The position numbers were made by a program, and so were the translations under genes. Below are positions 13,121 through 24,185 of a stretch of 64,000 nt of DNA, one piece after another. Every line of letters begins with the position of its first letter. The stretch's first letter is position 1. Below the pieces are notes generated by a model. That model was not told the origin of the DNA. It searched no databases and saw nothing but the letters and a program-made list of their open reading frames with translations. Origin of the DNA: a virus; IMG/VR virus record IMGVR_UViG_3300046170_000505. One strand, given 5' to 3'.

Positions 13121-16100
13121 TTTAAACAAAATGACTGATTATCAAATATATGTTACTGCGCTATTAATGCTTTTTATAATAATAGGAATTTTAGAATAAA
13201 ATATGAAACCAATTACCACAAAAGAGATTGAAGCAATCGAACATCTAGGAGATTACATCCGTGATGGATTAGAAGAAGTCAAAGAAGAAATCCATAATCT
13301 TTCAAATAGTGATGTTGTTCATGCGCTTGATGACATCAGATCAGTTCTTGATGAAATGACTAACGAAGTTTCCGAACTACGAGTATCTATGAGAGACATC
13401 GCTAGATCACTAGAAATTATTGCTAATAAATAAAAAGTGTTGACAAGCTAATAAAATAATTCTAACATAGCTTCCATGAATACAACAGAAGCATTCCTAG
13501 ATAGCATTAAACAATCAATTTCTAACGCAGAGAAGATAGCGAACTCGATTCCTCGCAAGGGTCTAAATGTTTATCTTGACAAGTCAACTATGGTCATGCA
13601 ACAATTTGCTGATCCTAGTGCATTTGATCATGCCAAGAAAGTTACCGCAAGAGCAGGGCAATCAAGTTGCCTTCGCAATGTATTAGATGCAGGGGGCAGA
13701 ACACAAGCAAAAGCATTATAAAAGATGCAAAATAATTGTTTAACTATATAAACACAAACTTCTTATTAATAACATAACAAAACGCTTAATATATCATGCA
13801 AAATTTACCAACATACGAAGAGTGGACAAAAGATATGTCCTTGGCAGATCAAATAAAATTTTATTTTGATGTTGACATTGACAACTATTTAGGTGATCCT
13901 TGGGAAATACTCGCAGAATGTGCAGTTGATTCACATTGGCTAAGTGAGTTTAAAGTTAATTTTAAAGAATATTTACAAGAAAGAGAATATATAAGATGAA
14001 TGAATTAAATTATTATCGAGTTGACTCAATTCCTTATTTTTACATTGCAGAAATTGTTAAACAAGGTCATGCCCTTTATAGCAAAAAAGTGAAAGTTGAT
14101 GCTTTTACTATTGACAATACTACGAATAAGATTCACAATTTAGGTTGGGATAGAGCAATAAAATCTCATGTAGAAAAAATTAATAACAAGAAAAGAAAAG
14201 ATCAGTTATATTTACCATGAAAGAATTAAAAGAAAAATTAAAAGAAAACATTCAATATCATGTGGATAGAGTGGCTAAAACAGGCTCATCAAGTTTCTCT
14301 ACTTGCGACTATCGTGGATGGGATAAAGATATTTGGAATCACAGACATTCTATCATTGACAAACTAGTCAGCACAGGCTATCGTGTTGAAAGTGCAGTTA
14401 ATCATGGAGTATTAGATGTAAAAATAACTGCAAATTTAGAATTATGAAAGTAAATAAAGTTTGGAATATTGAGCCACAAAAAATGTTAGATTATATTCTT
14501 GAAGCGGACAGATCAAATGGTTTGCACAAAGAGGGAGATTATAGTCCTGCATTTTATGTTGGAAAAGACTTAGATTATATTCGTGAAGTTTATGAAGATT
14601 ACAATGGTCTTGATAGTCTTACCGAAGCAGAGCAAATAGAGAACGAATATTACCGATTGGAGATTGCATAATGAAAGTAACAAATGTGAGATATTTTGAG
14701 ACAAACAGAGGTCTCGGTTATCAATGCAAAACCAACATCGAGGGCATCGAAATATGGAACGATGGAAATGGTGGAGCAACTTATTTAGATGGTGCATATA
14801 AATATACAAAAAATTTCGAGCATTTATCTGAATCATACTTGGAAAATTTAATTGACAAATACGAAAAACTATGAAAAACCAAATAGAAGAAATAGTTTAC
14901 CACAAAGATCAAATGTCTCTCGATTTTAATTGGGAAGAAATTGATGACGAATTAATTAAGAGAGAGGCGACAATTTCCGTAGCAAATGGAGAGTATGAAG
15001 ATTGGGATCATGCTTATGAATCCCATTGGGATATGTGGGAAAGTGGAGATTTAATCTTGACAGAATCATTTTAAATCTTTATGGTATCGACATATTAAAA
15101 TAATATCTTTATAAAAACAAAAAATATCGACACATGAACATCAATCACATATACGAAGACGAAACTACTGAAGAAAAATTTTGGTACGATAGTTTCACAG
15201 GTACTTACTTTCTCGATGATGAAGAATGGGAAGAGCCAATGGAATTTACCGAAGATGAATTAATTAACGAAGGAATTTATTTAAATGAGTTCAACCAAAG
15301 GGTATAGTGCGATAGAAGGTTGCATAAGGCAAAGCTCAGACTTGCCAATAGAAAAAGACATTCAAGAAATAACCTTGACAACAGAAGACTTACATGATCT
15401 ACTTGGTCAACTTTTTATTATTAAGAAAATCAAAAACAAAGAAATAAAGCTAATATTATCAGATGAAAGAATATAATATAAATCTTGGCTTAACTAATCA
15501 AGACATTAAAGAAATTACGGATGGCGGAATTAAGTTACATTTTTTGCCAACTAGCGATACTGATTATGATGAAAAAATCACTATCTCAATCGGCAAAGTT
15601 GACGATGATGCGCCTTTGTCAGAGTGCATGGATTTAGTTGTAGGTCAATTTCAAGATTCAGAAAGTGAAGAATTATCCTTGACAGGGTTATCTTGATAGG
15701 TTAATGTATTGGTATGAATTACATAACAGAAGAAATTAAATTTAAAGTTCCACAAAATGGTGGAGATCAATATCGCTTATATGAGTGCGTAGATCAAATC
15801 GCAGACCTCATTGATATGTATTTCGGTACTGCAATAGAAGATACCACAAATATACATAGATTAGTTGACGAAGAACTTGTTGTGGCAATGAGAAGGCAAG
15901 CTAAAGAAAATGAACTAGAAAATATAAATGGGGGTAGCAGGTAATGGGTAAGAAAGCAACAAAAAAGGGGGTGACTCCAAAAGAAAAAGGTCAAAAACTC
16001 CACATGATTTCTAAAAAATCATCTCACACAGGCGCACAACCCTTGGTAGAGCATATAGATATGCCAAATGTCAAGGTCACACAAAAAATGCGTAAAGCTC

Positions 16101-16445
16101 AAGAAAGTAAAAGAAATTTAGATAAGTAAACTATTGCTCAATTAAAAAAATTTTTAATTTTCACATTAGTTTATTTTATAAATATTATTATACAAAACAG
16201 ATGAAAGAGATCGTCAATTTAATTAAACAAAAAATCGAAGAGAATAAAAATCTCTCGATCACCAATCAAGAAGATGAACAAGTTTACATCTTAGAAATCG
16301 CTTGCATGAAAGAATGTTTAGATTTCATAAACAACTATGATTGGGATAGTTACAACAAATTAAAAAAAAAGTGTTGACAGACGAACAAAAGTTTTCTATG
16401 ATCTGAATCATAATTTAATTATCAACAACAAAACAAAAAACGAAA

Positions 16446-18746
16446 ATGATAATCACACAAGAAAAAACAAAACAAGTTGTTCAATCGCATGATTTCGAGC
16501 AAGTAAACTGCACGATTGATGCCGAAGATATGCGCTATGTTGCATCTCTTCTTAGAAACAACTATTCTAATCCTGCGCTTGCAGTTGTTAGAGAGATTAG
16601 CGCAAACGCATTGGATGCCAATACCGAAGCTAATTCTACTAAAAGAATTGAAGTAAAATTGCCATCAAGTATGAGTCCAAACTTTTCTGTTCGTGACTTC
16701 GGTGGTGGATTAAGTGAAGAAGATATTTTTGGTCTTTATTCCAAGTATGGTAAGTCAACCAAAAGACAATCAAACAATTATATTGGTGCTTTCGGTATCG
16801 GTAAGTTTGCTCCACTTTCTTACGGAGATAGTTTTACTTGCGTTTCTTATTATGGTGGAAACAAAACTACTTACAATGTTTTCGTCAATGAAGATGACGA
16901 TACAAAGATTGCAAGAATTGGTGATCCCGAATCAACCAATGAACCAACAGGTCTTTGTATTGAAGTTGCAGTTTCCGAATCTGATCGTGACAACTTTAGA
17001 AACATCGCTCAAAATTTCTTCAAATTCTTTTCAAAGAAAGATATGCCTAATTTTGTAGGTACTGAAGAAGGTTTTATTTCTGCACCCGAAATTTCAATCG
17101 AAGCAAAAGATGGTTCATGGTTTTTTACTGAGGAAGAAAATCGTTACAATTATTATAATAGAAGTCAAAATCGCCCTAAAATTCTCATGGGTAGAGTTTC
17201 CTATCCACTAAGTTCAGACTCTATTGTAACTGATAAGTTTTTTAAAGACGATAAAAAGAAAAGAATTGTAGATTCAATCTTGCAAGCATCAAACTTTCAT
17301 TTGCGATTACCTCTTGGTTCTGTAAAGTTGCACCATAGTCGTGAGATGTTGGAGTACAATGAGTCAACACAAAGAGTATTGTGCAAGTATCTCAACAAAG
17401 TTGTAGATGAAATCCAAATAATTGCACAAGAAAAACTTGCCGATTCAGATGATTTGTTCTTGGCTAAAAGAAATTATGCTAAGATAATCAATACCATGCC
17501 ATATCATTGTAAGGATATTTTTAACAATGCTTTCTCATGGAATGGGATTGAAATTAATAGTCCTGCTTTTTCTCGTCCACACGATATGTACGAAGATTTG
17601 ATTATTACAGAATTTACTAGAGATTCCGATACAAGTGCAAGAGATGGGTTTAAGGTTAAATCGGGCAAAGTAAACAGATTATTGTGTCAAGATAATTGCT
17701 TATTTATGATTCAAAATTTAGAATCTGCTCATGGCAATAACTTGAGGGTTCGCACTCTTATGACTGAAGATACTGACCTTCAAGTAGTTTATGTCGTGAG
17801 AGCAGTTAATAGTTCAGCGGAAAATGTTCTTTGGACTCAATGGGAATTTAATCGTATTTCAGATGATCATATTAGATATTCTGATAATGTGGAAAAACAA
17901 AAGCCCAACAGAAGTGGAGTGCGTAAGTCTAACGGAAGTCGAGCAGACATTGCATTATTCAGCATGAAACTTGACAGAAGTAGTTGCTATCGCAATGCCG
18001 ACTATTGGGAAAATGCTTCCTCAAAGATTAATGAAATCGAAGATGGTTCTGAAGTCGATGGTAATTTTGATGGAAAATTGATTTATGTTCCAATCAAGAA
18101 TTACAAAATTGATTACCCTCTTGATGGTTTTAGTTCTGAACTTGATGCGATGCGCTCAAGAATGAAGAAAATTAATGACTCAATTAAAGAAGATGCGCCC
18201 AAATATGCTTTGTTCGGTGTTCGCAAGATTGACATTAAAAAATTAGACAAAGACTTATGGATAGACTTTAAAGACTTCTACAAATTAATTGCTAAAAAAT
18301 TATTGCTCGATAATATTGACGAAGCGAATCGTATCTATACCGCCAACTTAATTAGCAAAGATAAAGATCACGATAGTTTTGATAGAGAGTTTTACCAACA
18401 TTTGTACAAAGTCTTTGTCGCCAATGGTTTAAACTTCAAAAACCTTAAAGATAGTTTGTTTGTAGAATGTTTAAATTTATATAAAAGTTATGGTGATCGT
18501 AATTCTAATCTTCTTATTTATGTGAATTATTTATTGGAGTGCGACAAGACTTGGGTTGAATCCAACTTAACTGAAAAGATTTCTTTTGCCGATTATAAAA
18601 GCAAGATGATTGCTTGCCATGAGAAATATCCAATGATTTCACTTGTCGGTTGTCATTATTCTGATTGGAGAAACGATGCGTTCACTCACATTGAATCTGT
18701 AACCATGATCGAAAATTACATTACCATGTGTGAGCTTTGTGGCTAA
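16446..18746 (+). CDS. rIIA: rIIA-like protein (N-terminal GHKL/HATPase domain)
   Basis: YSNP..AVVREISANALDA, VRDFGGG, YGKSTK..SN..IGAFGIG and SRE.LEY motifs; directly followed by an rIIB-like gene. Confidence 0.85.
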   Translation: MIITQEKTKQVVQSHDFEQVNCTIDAEDMRYVASLLRNNYSNPALAVVREISANALDANTEANSTKRIEVKLPSSMSPNFSVRDFGGGLSEEDIFGLYSKYGKSTKRQSNNYIGAFGIGKFAPLSYGDSFTCVSYYGGNKTTYNVFVNEDDDTKIARIGDPESTNEPTGLCIEVAVSESDRDNFRNIAQNFFKFFSKKDMPNFVGTEEGFISAPEISIEAKDGSWFFTEEENRYNYYNRSQNRPKILMGRVSYPLSSDSIVTDKFFKDDKKKRIVDSILQASNFHLRLPLGSVKLHHSREMLEYNESTQRVLCKYLNKVVDEIQIIAQEKLADSDDLFLAKRNYAKIINTMPYHCKDIFNNAFSWNGIEINSPAFSRPHDMYEDLIITEFTRDSDTSARDGFKVKSGKVNRLLCQDNCLFMIQNLESAHGNNLRVRTLMTEDTDLQVVYVVRAVNSSAENVLWTQWEFNRISDDHIRYSDNVEKQKPNRSGVRKSNGSRADIALFSMKLDRSSCYRNADYWENASSKINEIEDGSEVDGNFDGKLIYVPIKNYKIDYPLDGFSSELDAMRSRMKKINDSIKEDAPKYALFGVRKIDIKKLDKDLWIDFKDFYKLIAKKLLLDNIDEANRIYTANLISKDKDHDSFDREFYQHLYKVFVANGLNFKNLKDSLFVECLNLYKSYGDRNSNLLIYVNYLLECDKTWVESNLTEKISFADYKSKMIACHEKYPMISLVGCHYSDWRNDAFTHIESVTMIENYITMCELCG

Positions 18747-18770
18747 ACTTTGTTGTTATATGCTATTGAA

Positions 18771-18808
18771 GAGGGAGAGGTTTATCGTTTACCCTCTCCC
18801 TCTTCTTA
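18771..18808 (+). terminator. Hairpin/terminator between rIIA and rIIB
   Basis: GAGGGAGAGG...CCTCTCCCTC stem followed by a T-rich tract. Confidence 0.6.
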
Positions 18809-18900
18809 ATCTTTTAAAAAAAACTATTGACATAACATTTAAAATCTACTAGAGTATTAAACATAGCTCAAATTACTGAAAGTTAAAATTAAAAAATACC

Positions 18901-20202
18901 ATGAATAAAGTACCATACATAATTAACGAAAATTCTCTCACCATCTTTTGGGAAGGTAAACCTTATACCTTACGCAAAGATCATGTCAACTTCAACCTTG
19001 CAAAGAGTGCAATCTTGGAAGCTAGATATGATGATCTAGGAGATTTGCTAGACATTGCCAAAGCAGTTGAAAATTTTGTTGAAGGAGATGTTGAAGTCAA
19101 AGACGAAGTTGTTTACTACAAAGGTCATCGTTTGCATGGTGTTGTGGTTGATAAATTGCTTGAAATGCTTCGTGCAGGAATGAAAGATTCTGCTCCTCTT
19201 GTTAATTTTATCACTAGGTTGCAAAGCAATCCATCTGCAAACTCTGTAAATGAACTTTATTCTTTTATGAGTTATAAGTCTTTGCCAAACACTCCCGAAG
19301 GTAAGATTTTGGGATACAAAGGTGTTCAATCAGATTTTTGGTCTAATACAGGCAATGCTGACACTATTGTTTTGCAAGGTCAAACCAATGAGCGCCATCA
19401 AATTTTCAACGGAGTTGGAGAAACGATTGAAGTTGCTCGTAGATGCGTAGACGATAACAAAGATCATCATTGTTCTTTTGGTCTTCACATTGGCTCATAC
19501 GATTATGCCAATAATTGGGCAGGAGAAGATGGTCGTTTACTTATCGTAGAGTTTGATCCCGAAGATGCAGTTTCAGTTCCAACCGATTGCGATTTCCAAA
19601 AACTTCGTGTTTCTAAGTATCGTGTTATTTCAGATATAACTGACACAAGAAAAGAACTCGATAAACCTGTCTATGAAGCTAACAAACCAATCTACGGATC
19701 AAACGATACTGATCTTGAAGTTGATTATGACGAAGATTATGACGATGACGAAGATTATGTCGATGAAGATGATTCTGATTTCGAGGAAGAAAGCACTCCA
19801 CAATCTTTATTCGTTGACTCTGACGAAGAACCAATCATAAATGGTTGCGGAGATGATTCGGATGATGACTATGATTTCGGTGATGCAGATGACGAACCCG
19901 AAGTTATTCTTCCCGAAGGATATGATGACCCTGCTTTTGATGGAAATGAAGGTTCGGGGCAAAACGAAGACAAAACTACATCAGATAGTCAAGACATGAT
20001 TGATTTAGCAATTAAGAATTATGTTCAAAATAAATTTGAATCGGGCATAAAGCCAACAATCAAAAATATTGCTGACCTTAAAATTTGTCGTAATAATTCT
20101 GTTCGTTGCAAAGAAATTGGATTTTTAGTTGAAAAACTTGGATTTCAAGTTGAAGATAACAATAACAAAATCTTTAGTAATCTACAAATAAATGGAATTT
20201 GA
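18901..20202 (+). CDS. rIIB: rIIB-like protein with a long acidic segment
   Basis: NPS..SV.ELY.F, G.ILGYKGV, CS.GLH.GS..YA and P.DAVSVP.D....KLRV..Y motifs. Confidence 0.85.
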   Translation: MNKVPYIINENSLTIFWEGKPYTLRKDHVNFNLAKSAILEARYDDLGDLLDIAKAVENFVEGDVEVKDEVVYYKGHRLHGVVVDKLLEMLRAGMKDSAPLVNFITRLQSNPSANSVNELYSFMSYKSLPNTPEGKILGYKGVQSDFWSNTGNADTIVLQGQTNERHQIFNGVGETIEVARRCVDDNKDHHCSFGLHIGSYDYANNWAGEDGRLLIVEFDPEDAVSVPTDCDFQKLRVSKYRVISDITDTRKELDKPVYEANKPIYGSNDTDLEVDYDEDYDDDEDYVDEDDSDFEEESTPQSLFVDSDEEPIINGCGDDSDDDYDFGDADDEPEVILPEGYDDPAFDGNEGSGQNEDKTTSDSQDMIDLAIKNYVQNKFESGIKPTIKNIADLKICRNNSVRCKEIGFLVEKLGFQVEDNNNKIFSNLQINGI

Positions 20203-21231
20203 TATAAGAGAACGAATCATTCATCATGCAATCGAATTGCGTGAAAAATCAAGAGAAAGCGGAAAAATAATTTCCGAAATTCAAAACGACAAAAAAGCAC
20301 TTGAAGAATATTTCAAGAAGGATGCTGAAGAGAATACAAAGTTTATGACTAGGTTTTTTGCTTTACTAGATGAGTATGAAGCAATCAATGGTAAGATAAA
20401 AACAGATTTGTAATTTTATAATAAAAATTTATGTTTAATATTTGGTATTGTGGCGCAGTTTTTTTCATTGGATTTCACGATCTAATGTTGTTTCCTGTGG
20501 TCAACTTTCATCACCACTTGGGTAATCACATAAAAGCCTAAGACTCTTTTTATTCATTAATACATCATTGACATATACAATAAGCTATAATACAATATAT
20601 AGATAGAGTAATATACAATGAATTAATAATAGATTATGTGTGAATTGGTGAAAATGTGGGTTGGCAGACTTAATTTTATAAAATATTTTGTTAAATTGTT
20701 TTATTTTATTTACGGAAAAATCGGTACAAACAGAATCAAATCAAATAAAAAAGATTTTAAAATTGATAATGCCGAAATAATTAAACAAAAAATTAATAGA
20801 AATAAATTTGGCTTCCCGACATATAGTGAACCAAATAAATAAAATAAAAATTAATACAAATAGCCCCGAATAATTTAACTTTTTTTTAAGTATAATAAAC
20901 TATTTTAGGGCATTTTAATTAAGTTTAAATAAATAAACAATAATTTTGGGGCGCATTGAGTATCGAAGCACAGAGCGTTGAGCATCTTGAGAATTGGTTT
21001 CGGAATGGATTTAACCAAATATTTGATGACGGATACGAAGTCGAGGATGTTCTTTGGGCAGACGAAACAGGAAAACCTTCGTTTCAAATAAACAAAAAGA
21101 CAGAGCTAAGAGCGATAGTAGATATGATTGCTATAAAAGATCAACCAAATAATTTAGTATTACTATTGCCCCCTTTAATTATAAAAGATTTTGAATCAAA
21201 TAATAATTAATAATTGACAAATAAATATTAA

Positions 21232-21516
21232 TCAGTTATGTCCTAATTCGTTTTTATCTAATGTAGACTTATCGCGCTTTAATTGTTTAAAAATTTCTTC
21301 ACGATCTTCTTGGGTTAGTTCTTCGTAGAATGTATCGACCCAATGTTTTCTTGCCAACTTTTGCTTAACAGGGAAATCACGATGCAAAACAAAATTAGAA
21401 AAGAATCTATCCAAATAAGATAAAACTTCTTGCCTCACATCATATCTTGACCCTTCGGTTGGTTTGTTCTTTAAAGGAGTCCACTCTGAGAAATGTTCAT
21501 ATTCGTCTTCTATCAT
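21232..21516 (-). CDS. Hypothetical protein on the opposite strand, preceded by the GTGTA late-type motif
   Basis: 94-aa ORF; GTGTA (21526-21530 on the - strand) lies 9 nt before the ATG. Confidence 0.6.
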   Translation of the reverse strand: MIEDEYEHFSEWTPLKNKPTEGSRYDVRQEVLSYLDRFFSNFVLHRDFPVKQKLARKHWVDTFYEELTQEDREEIFKQLKRDKSTLDKNELGHN

Positions 21517-22977
21517 GCAAATAAGTACACATTGGTATTGACATCGGGGCGCAAATAAATTAATCTATTAATAATGCAAAACAGACAAATAAATAAAGCT
21601 TACCTTCACTATACAGAAATGATGACCATTCTAGGATCACAAAACATAATGCCCAAAGAGGTGTTCTTTAAAATGATTCAAATAATGTTCCAAGATAAAG
21701 ACCAAAATAATTACAATAAAAATTTTGATCAAATAAAATCGTGGCACAAAGCAAAACATAATAATGTAGAAGACTTTAAAACTAAACGACCCCGCCCAAA
21801 TAATAATATAAAAGAAGATTCAGGTGGTGAAAATAAATCCTCCGAAAGCCCACAAAGGCAAATAAACGAAGCGCTAGATAAAATAGTATTCCTTCAAGCC
21901 GAAATAAATAAATACAAGGGGGATGCAGAAATGACCAAATCATTAGAAGGCGCTTTAATTAATCAAAAAAATAAGATCAATAATATTACAAATAATGGTA
22001 AACAAATAAAGGGCTTATTTAATAATCAATATTATATTAATCATGTTGATTCAAAATAATTAAGAATGAAATTTTTATTAATAATTTGTTTATTGTTTAG
22101 TGGTTGTGTTTCATCCAAGATGGAGAGCGATATAATTGGTGGTAAAATTTGTCCCTTTTGTTTTCGCGACAACCCTATTTGGAGAAAAAGTTTTTGCCCC
22201 GATTGTTTTCGTGTTGACATGGGTGCGGATGCAAACTATGATTACGCAATGATTAACAACAAACCAAGGAGATAAATTATGAGCAATATAGCAAAATGTG
22301 CAAGAGCAACCGCAGTAATGAACAAAGTAAAGGGCGGAGATCCATTCAGCTTTACCCGAAGGTTCTTAGGGTATAATGAAGCGACAGAAGGAATAATGGC
22401 ACAACAAAGAGAAGCCGATTTAAAATTACAAAAAATTCTTGCTAGTAAAAAAGCAAAGGGGTTAGCATAATGAACTTAGTAAAACCACTAAATAAAAAAG
22501 TTAGTATGTTTGCAACCAATGATGAGTTGTATGAAAAATTAACTAACAAAGAAATTATGACGATTAAATTGGCAAAGCTTGAAGAGTTTGCAGATGATTT
22601 ATATAGGTCTACCACCAGCGAATATAACGCGAAGTTATTTCCCCCTGAAAATAGTTGGTTTAAAATTAAAGGATTATTAAAAGAATTAAATCAATTAAAT
22701 GATTGAGGCAATAATTATTACGATATTAGCTTCAATCTTATTAATCTTTAGAAAAGAACCTTGACACCACCGAATTTATTTCTTAGTATAGCATTATGGA
22801 AACGATAGATTTAACACCAAATTGGGTTACTGCGGTAAAGATTTACATCGAAGTACTCCAAAACAATAATGCCTCAGAAGAGGGTAAACAAAGTGCTAAG
22901 GAAGAATTACTTTACTTAGCAGAGTATGTTGACAATATGCGTCTTGAAAAAAAACTTGAAGCAATCAAAGAAAGTAG

Positions 22978-23006
22978 TTGACATTTTATATATTTAATTG
23001 TAGTAT
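22978..23006 (+). promoter_or_regulatory. sigma70-type promoter for the structured ncRNA
   Basis: TTGACA-17 nt-TAGTAT followed by sequence with no ORF of 60 aa or more. Confidence 0.75.
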
Positions 23007-23035
23007 GTTGTTTGTTATATTATTAGTATAGTTAG

Positions 23036-23370
23036 TAAATGAGAAGAGGCGACTCATTAAAATAGCCTCAGTATTTTTGTTCTTTAATAGTTTAATTTTT
23101 AATTCTGCAGGCAGATCCTTATTAACCAAAGGGCTCAAACTCTGTCTGTAGAAACACTTTGGAAGGGCTTATAATCCTTCCTGTGGGTGACCGAATAAAC
23201 CTGTGATGAGCGGGTTAAGGTACGCAAATTCCCTGTGGTGGGGTAGCAGAGTCCAATCGGATGAGCTGATGACGAATACCAAGTCTAATTTGTGGTTCGA
23301 AGTAGGAACTCTATGAACTGATGTTCATCCCGAAAAGTTGAGAGTATTCAGTAGTCTCTTCCCACACTAT
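23036..23370 (+). ncRNA. Structured ncRNA of about 330 nt (possibly ROOL-like)
   Basis: ORF-free and richer in GC than its flanks. It has a 5' H-type pseudoknot, several helices with G-U pairs, a long-range TGTGGG/CCCACA pairing, its own promoter and a downstream hairpin. Confidence 0.75.
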
Positions 23371-23390
23371 TTTCCCTTATGTTATGTGTT

Positions 23391-23431
23391 GCCCCCTGTC
23401 TAATTTATTTGTAGTTTTTAGACGGGGGGTT
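23391..23431 (+). terminator. Hairpin downstream of the ncRNA
   Basis: CCCCCTGTCTAA...TTAGACGGGGGG stem; the U-tract is weak. Confidence 0.5.
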
Positions 23432-23591
23432 CACATGGCAAAGATTACCAACACTAAAAATCATAACCCAACATGCACCTTGATATTACAAATTATAGTA
23501 ACCATTATAGTAGCAATCATATTAATCAGCAAAGAATAATTACAAATTATAAATTGTGAAATACTAAATAATAAATAAAGAATTTCTCTCT

Positions 23592-23644
23592 AATCCCCTT
23601 GCAGGACTGCGATCCGTCGCTTATCTCTGTAGGGGGATTTTTTT
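23592..23644 (+). terminator. Rho-independent terminator
   Basis: AATCCCCTTGCAG...CTGTAGGGGGATT stem followed by a T-run. Confidence 0.65.
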
Positions 23645-23665
23645 GTGCCTCGATTTCTGTTTCTG

Positions 23666-23732
23666 TAAGTCGTTGAATATCAAGCACTTGCGCGAGCCCG
23701 ACCCGCATAAAGCGTTGATTGGCAACAACTTA
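23666..23732. repeat. 67-bp double-palindrome element, copy 1
   Basis: TAAGTCGTTGAATATCAAGCACTTG-17 nt-TAAAGCGTTGATTGGCAACAACTTA. Confidence 0.9.
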
Positions 23733-23798
23733 CAACAAAGTGCATTTTAATTAAACTTTTTTCTTTACAAGGTATGCGTATTGGTCTATATTGTATCT

Positions 23799-24185
23799 AT
23801 GACAGAGAGAAATCCAGGAAACAAAAAGTATAAGATTGACCACAAGAAAAAGGTCTTTGTATACAAGAACCTTCACAAAGATTGTTGGTCAGTCAAGCAA
23901 GACGGACTAGTCAAAGCACACACCGATGAGATTAATCTTTGGGACTGTGCATTTCAAGTAAATGCCAGGGGCAGACAAAAAGTTATTGATGAGCAACGCA
24001 AAAATGTTCACGCGGGCATCAATGGTTACATAGATGAACTTGATCTAGATTTACCTAATCCTGTGGAAGTAACTTACAACCCATACAAGTATGATTCTTT
24101 TGTTGACAAGGCAACCGAGTCTCCTATATACTCTATGGATAACGCAAAACTAACACACAACAAAGTAACAGCATATACAACATGA
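23799..24185 (+). CDS. Conserved phage protein (VYKNLH..CWSV...RKNVHA type), leaderless
   Basis: Start corrected to the ATG 6 nt after TTTACA-17-TATATT. Confidence 0.75.
   Translation: MTERNPGNKKYKIDHKKKVFVYKNLHKDCWSVKQDGLVKAHTDEINLWDCAFQVNARGRQKVIDEQRKNVHAGINGYIDELDLDLPNPVEVTYNPYKYDSFVDKATESPIYSMDNAKLTHNKVTAYTT

Larger units (their letters stand above)
323..16129 (+). other. Dense array of about 60 small co-oriented early/hypothetical phage ORFs
   Basis: ORFs of 45-200 aa abut or overlap (ATGA, TAATG), many are acidic, and TTGACA-17-TAnnnT promoters are frequent. Confidence 0.85.

Noticed and set aside
23266-23335. Hammerhead ribozyme suggested by CTGATGA...CGAAA
   Set aside because: I could not build stems I-III around the core. 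The segment is better explained as part of the larger structured RNA; an Rfam scan would settle it.
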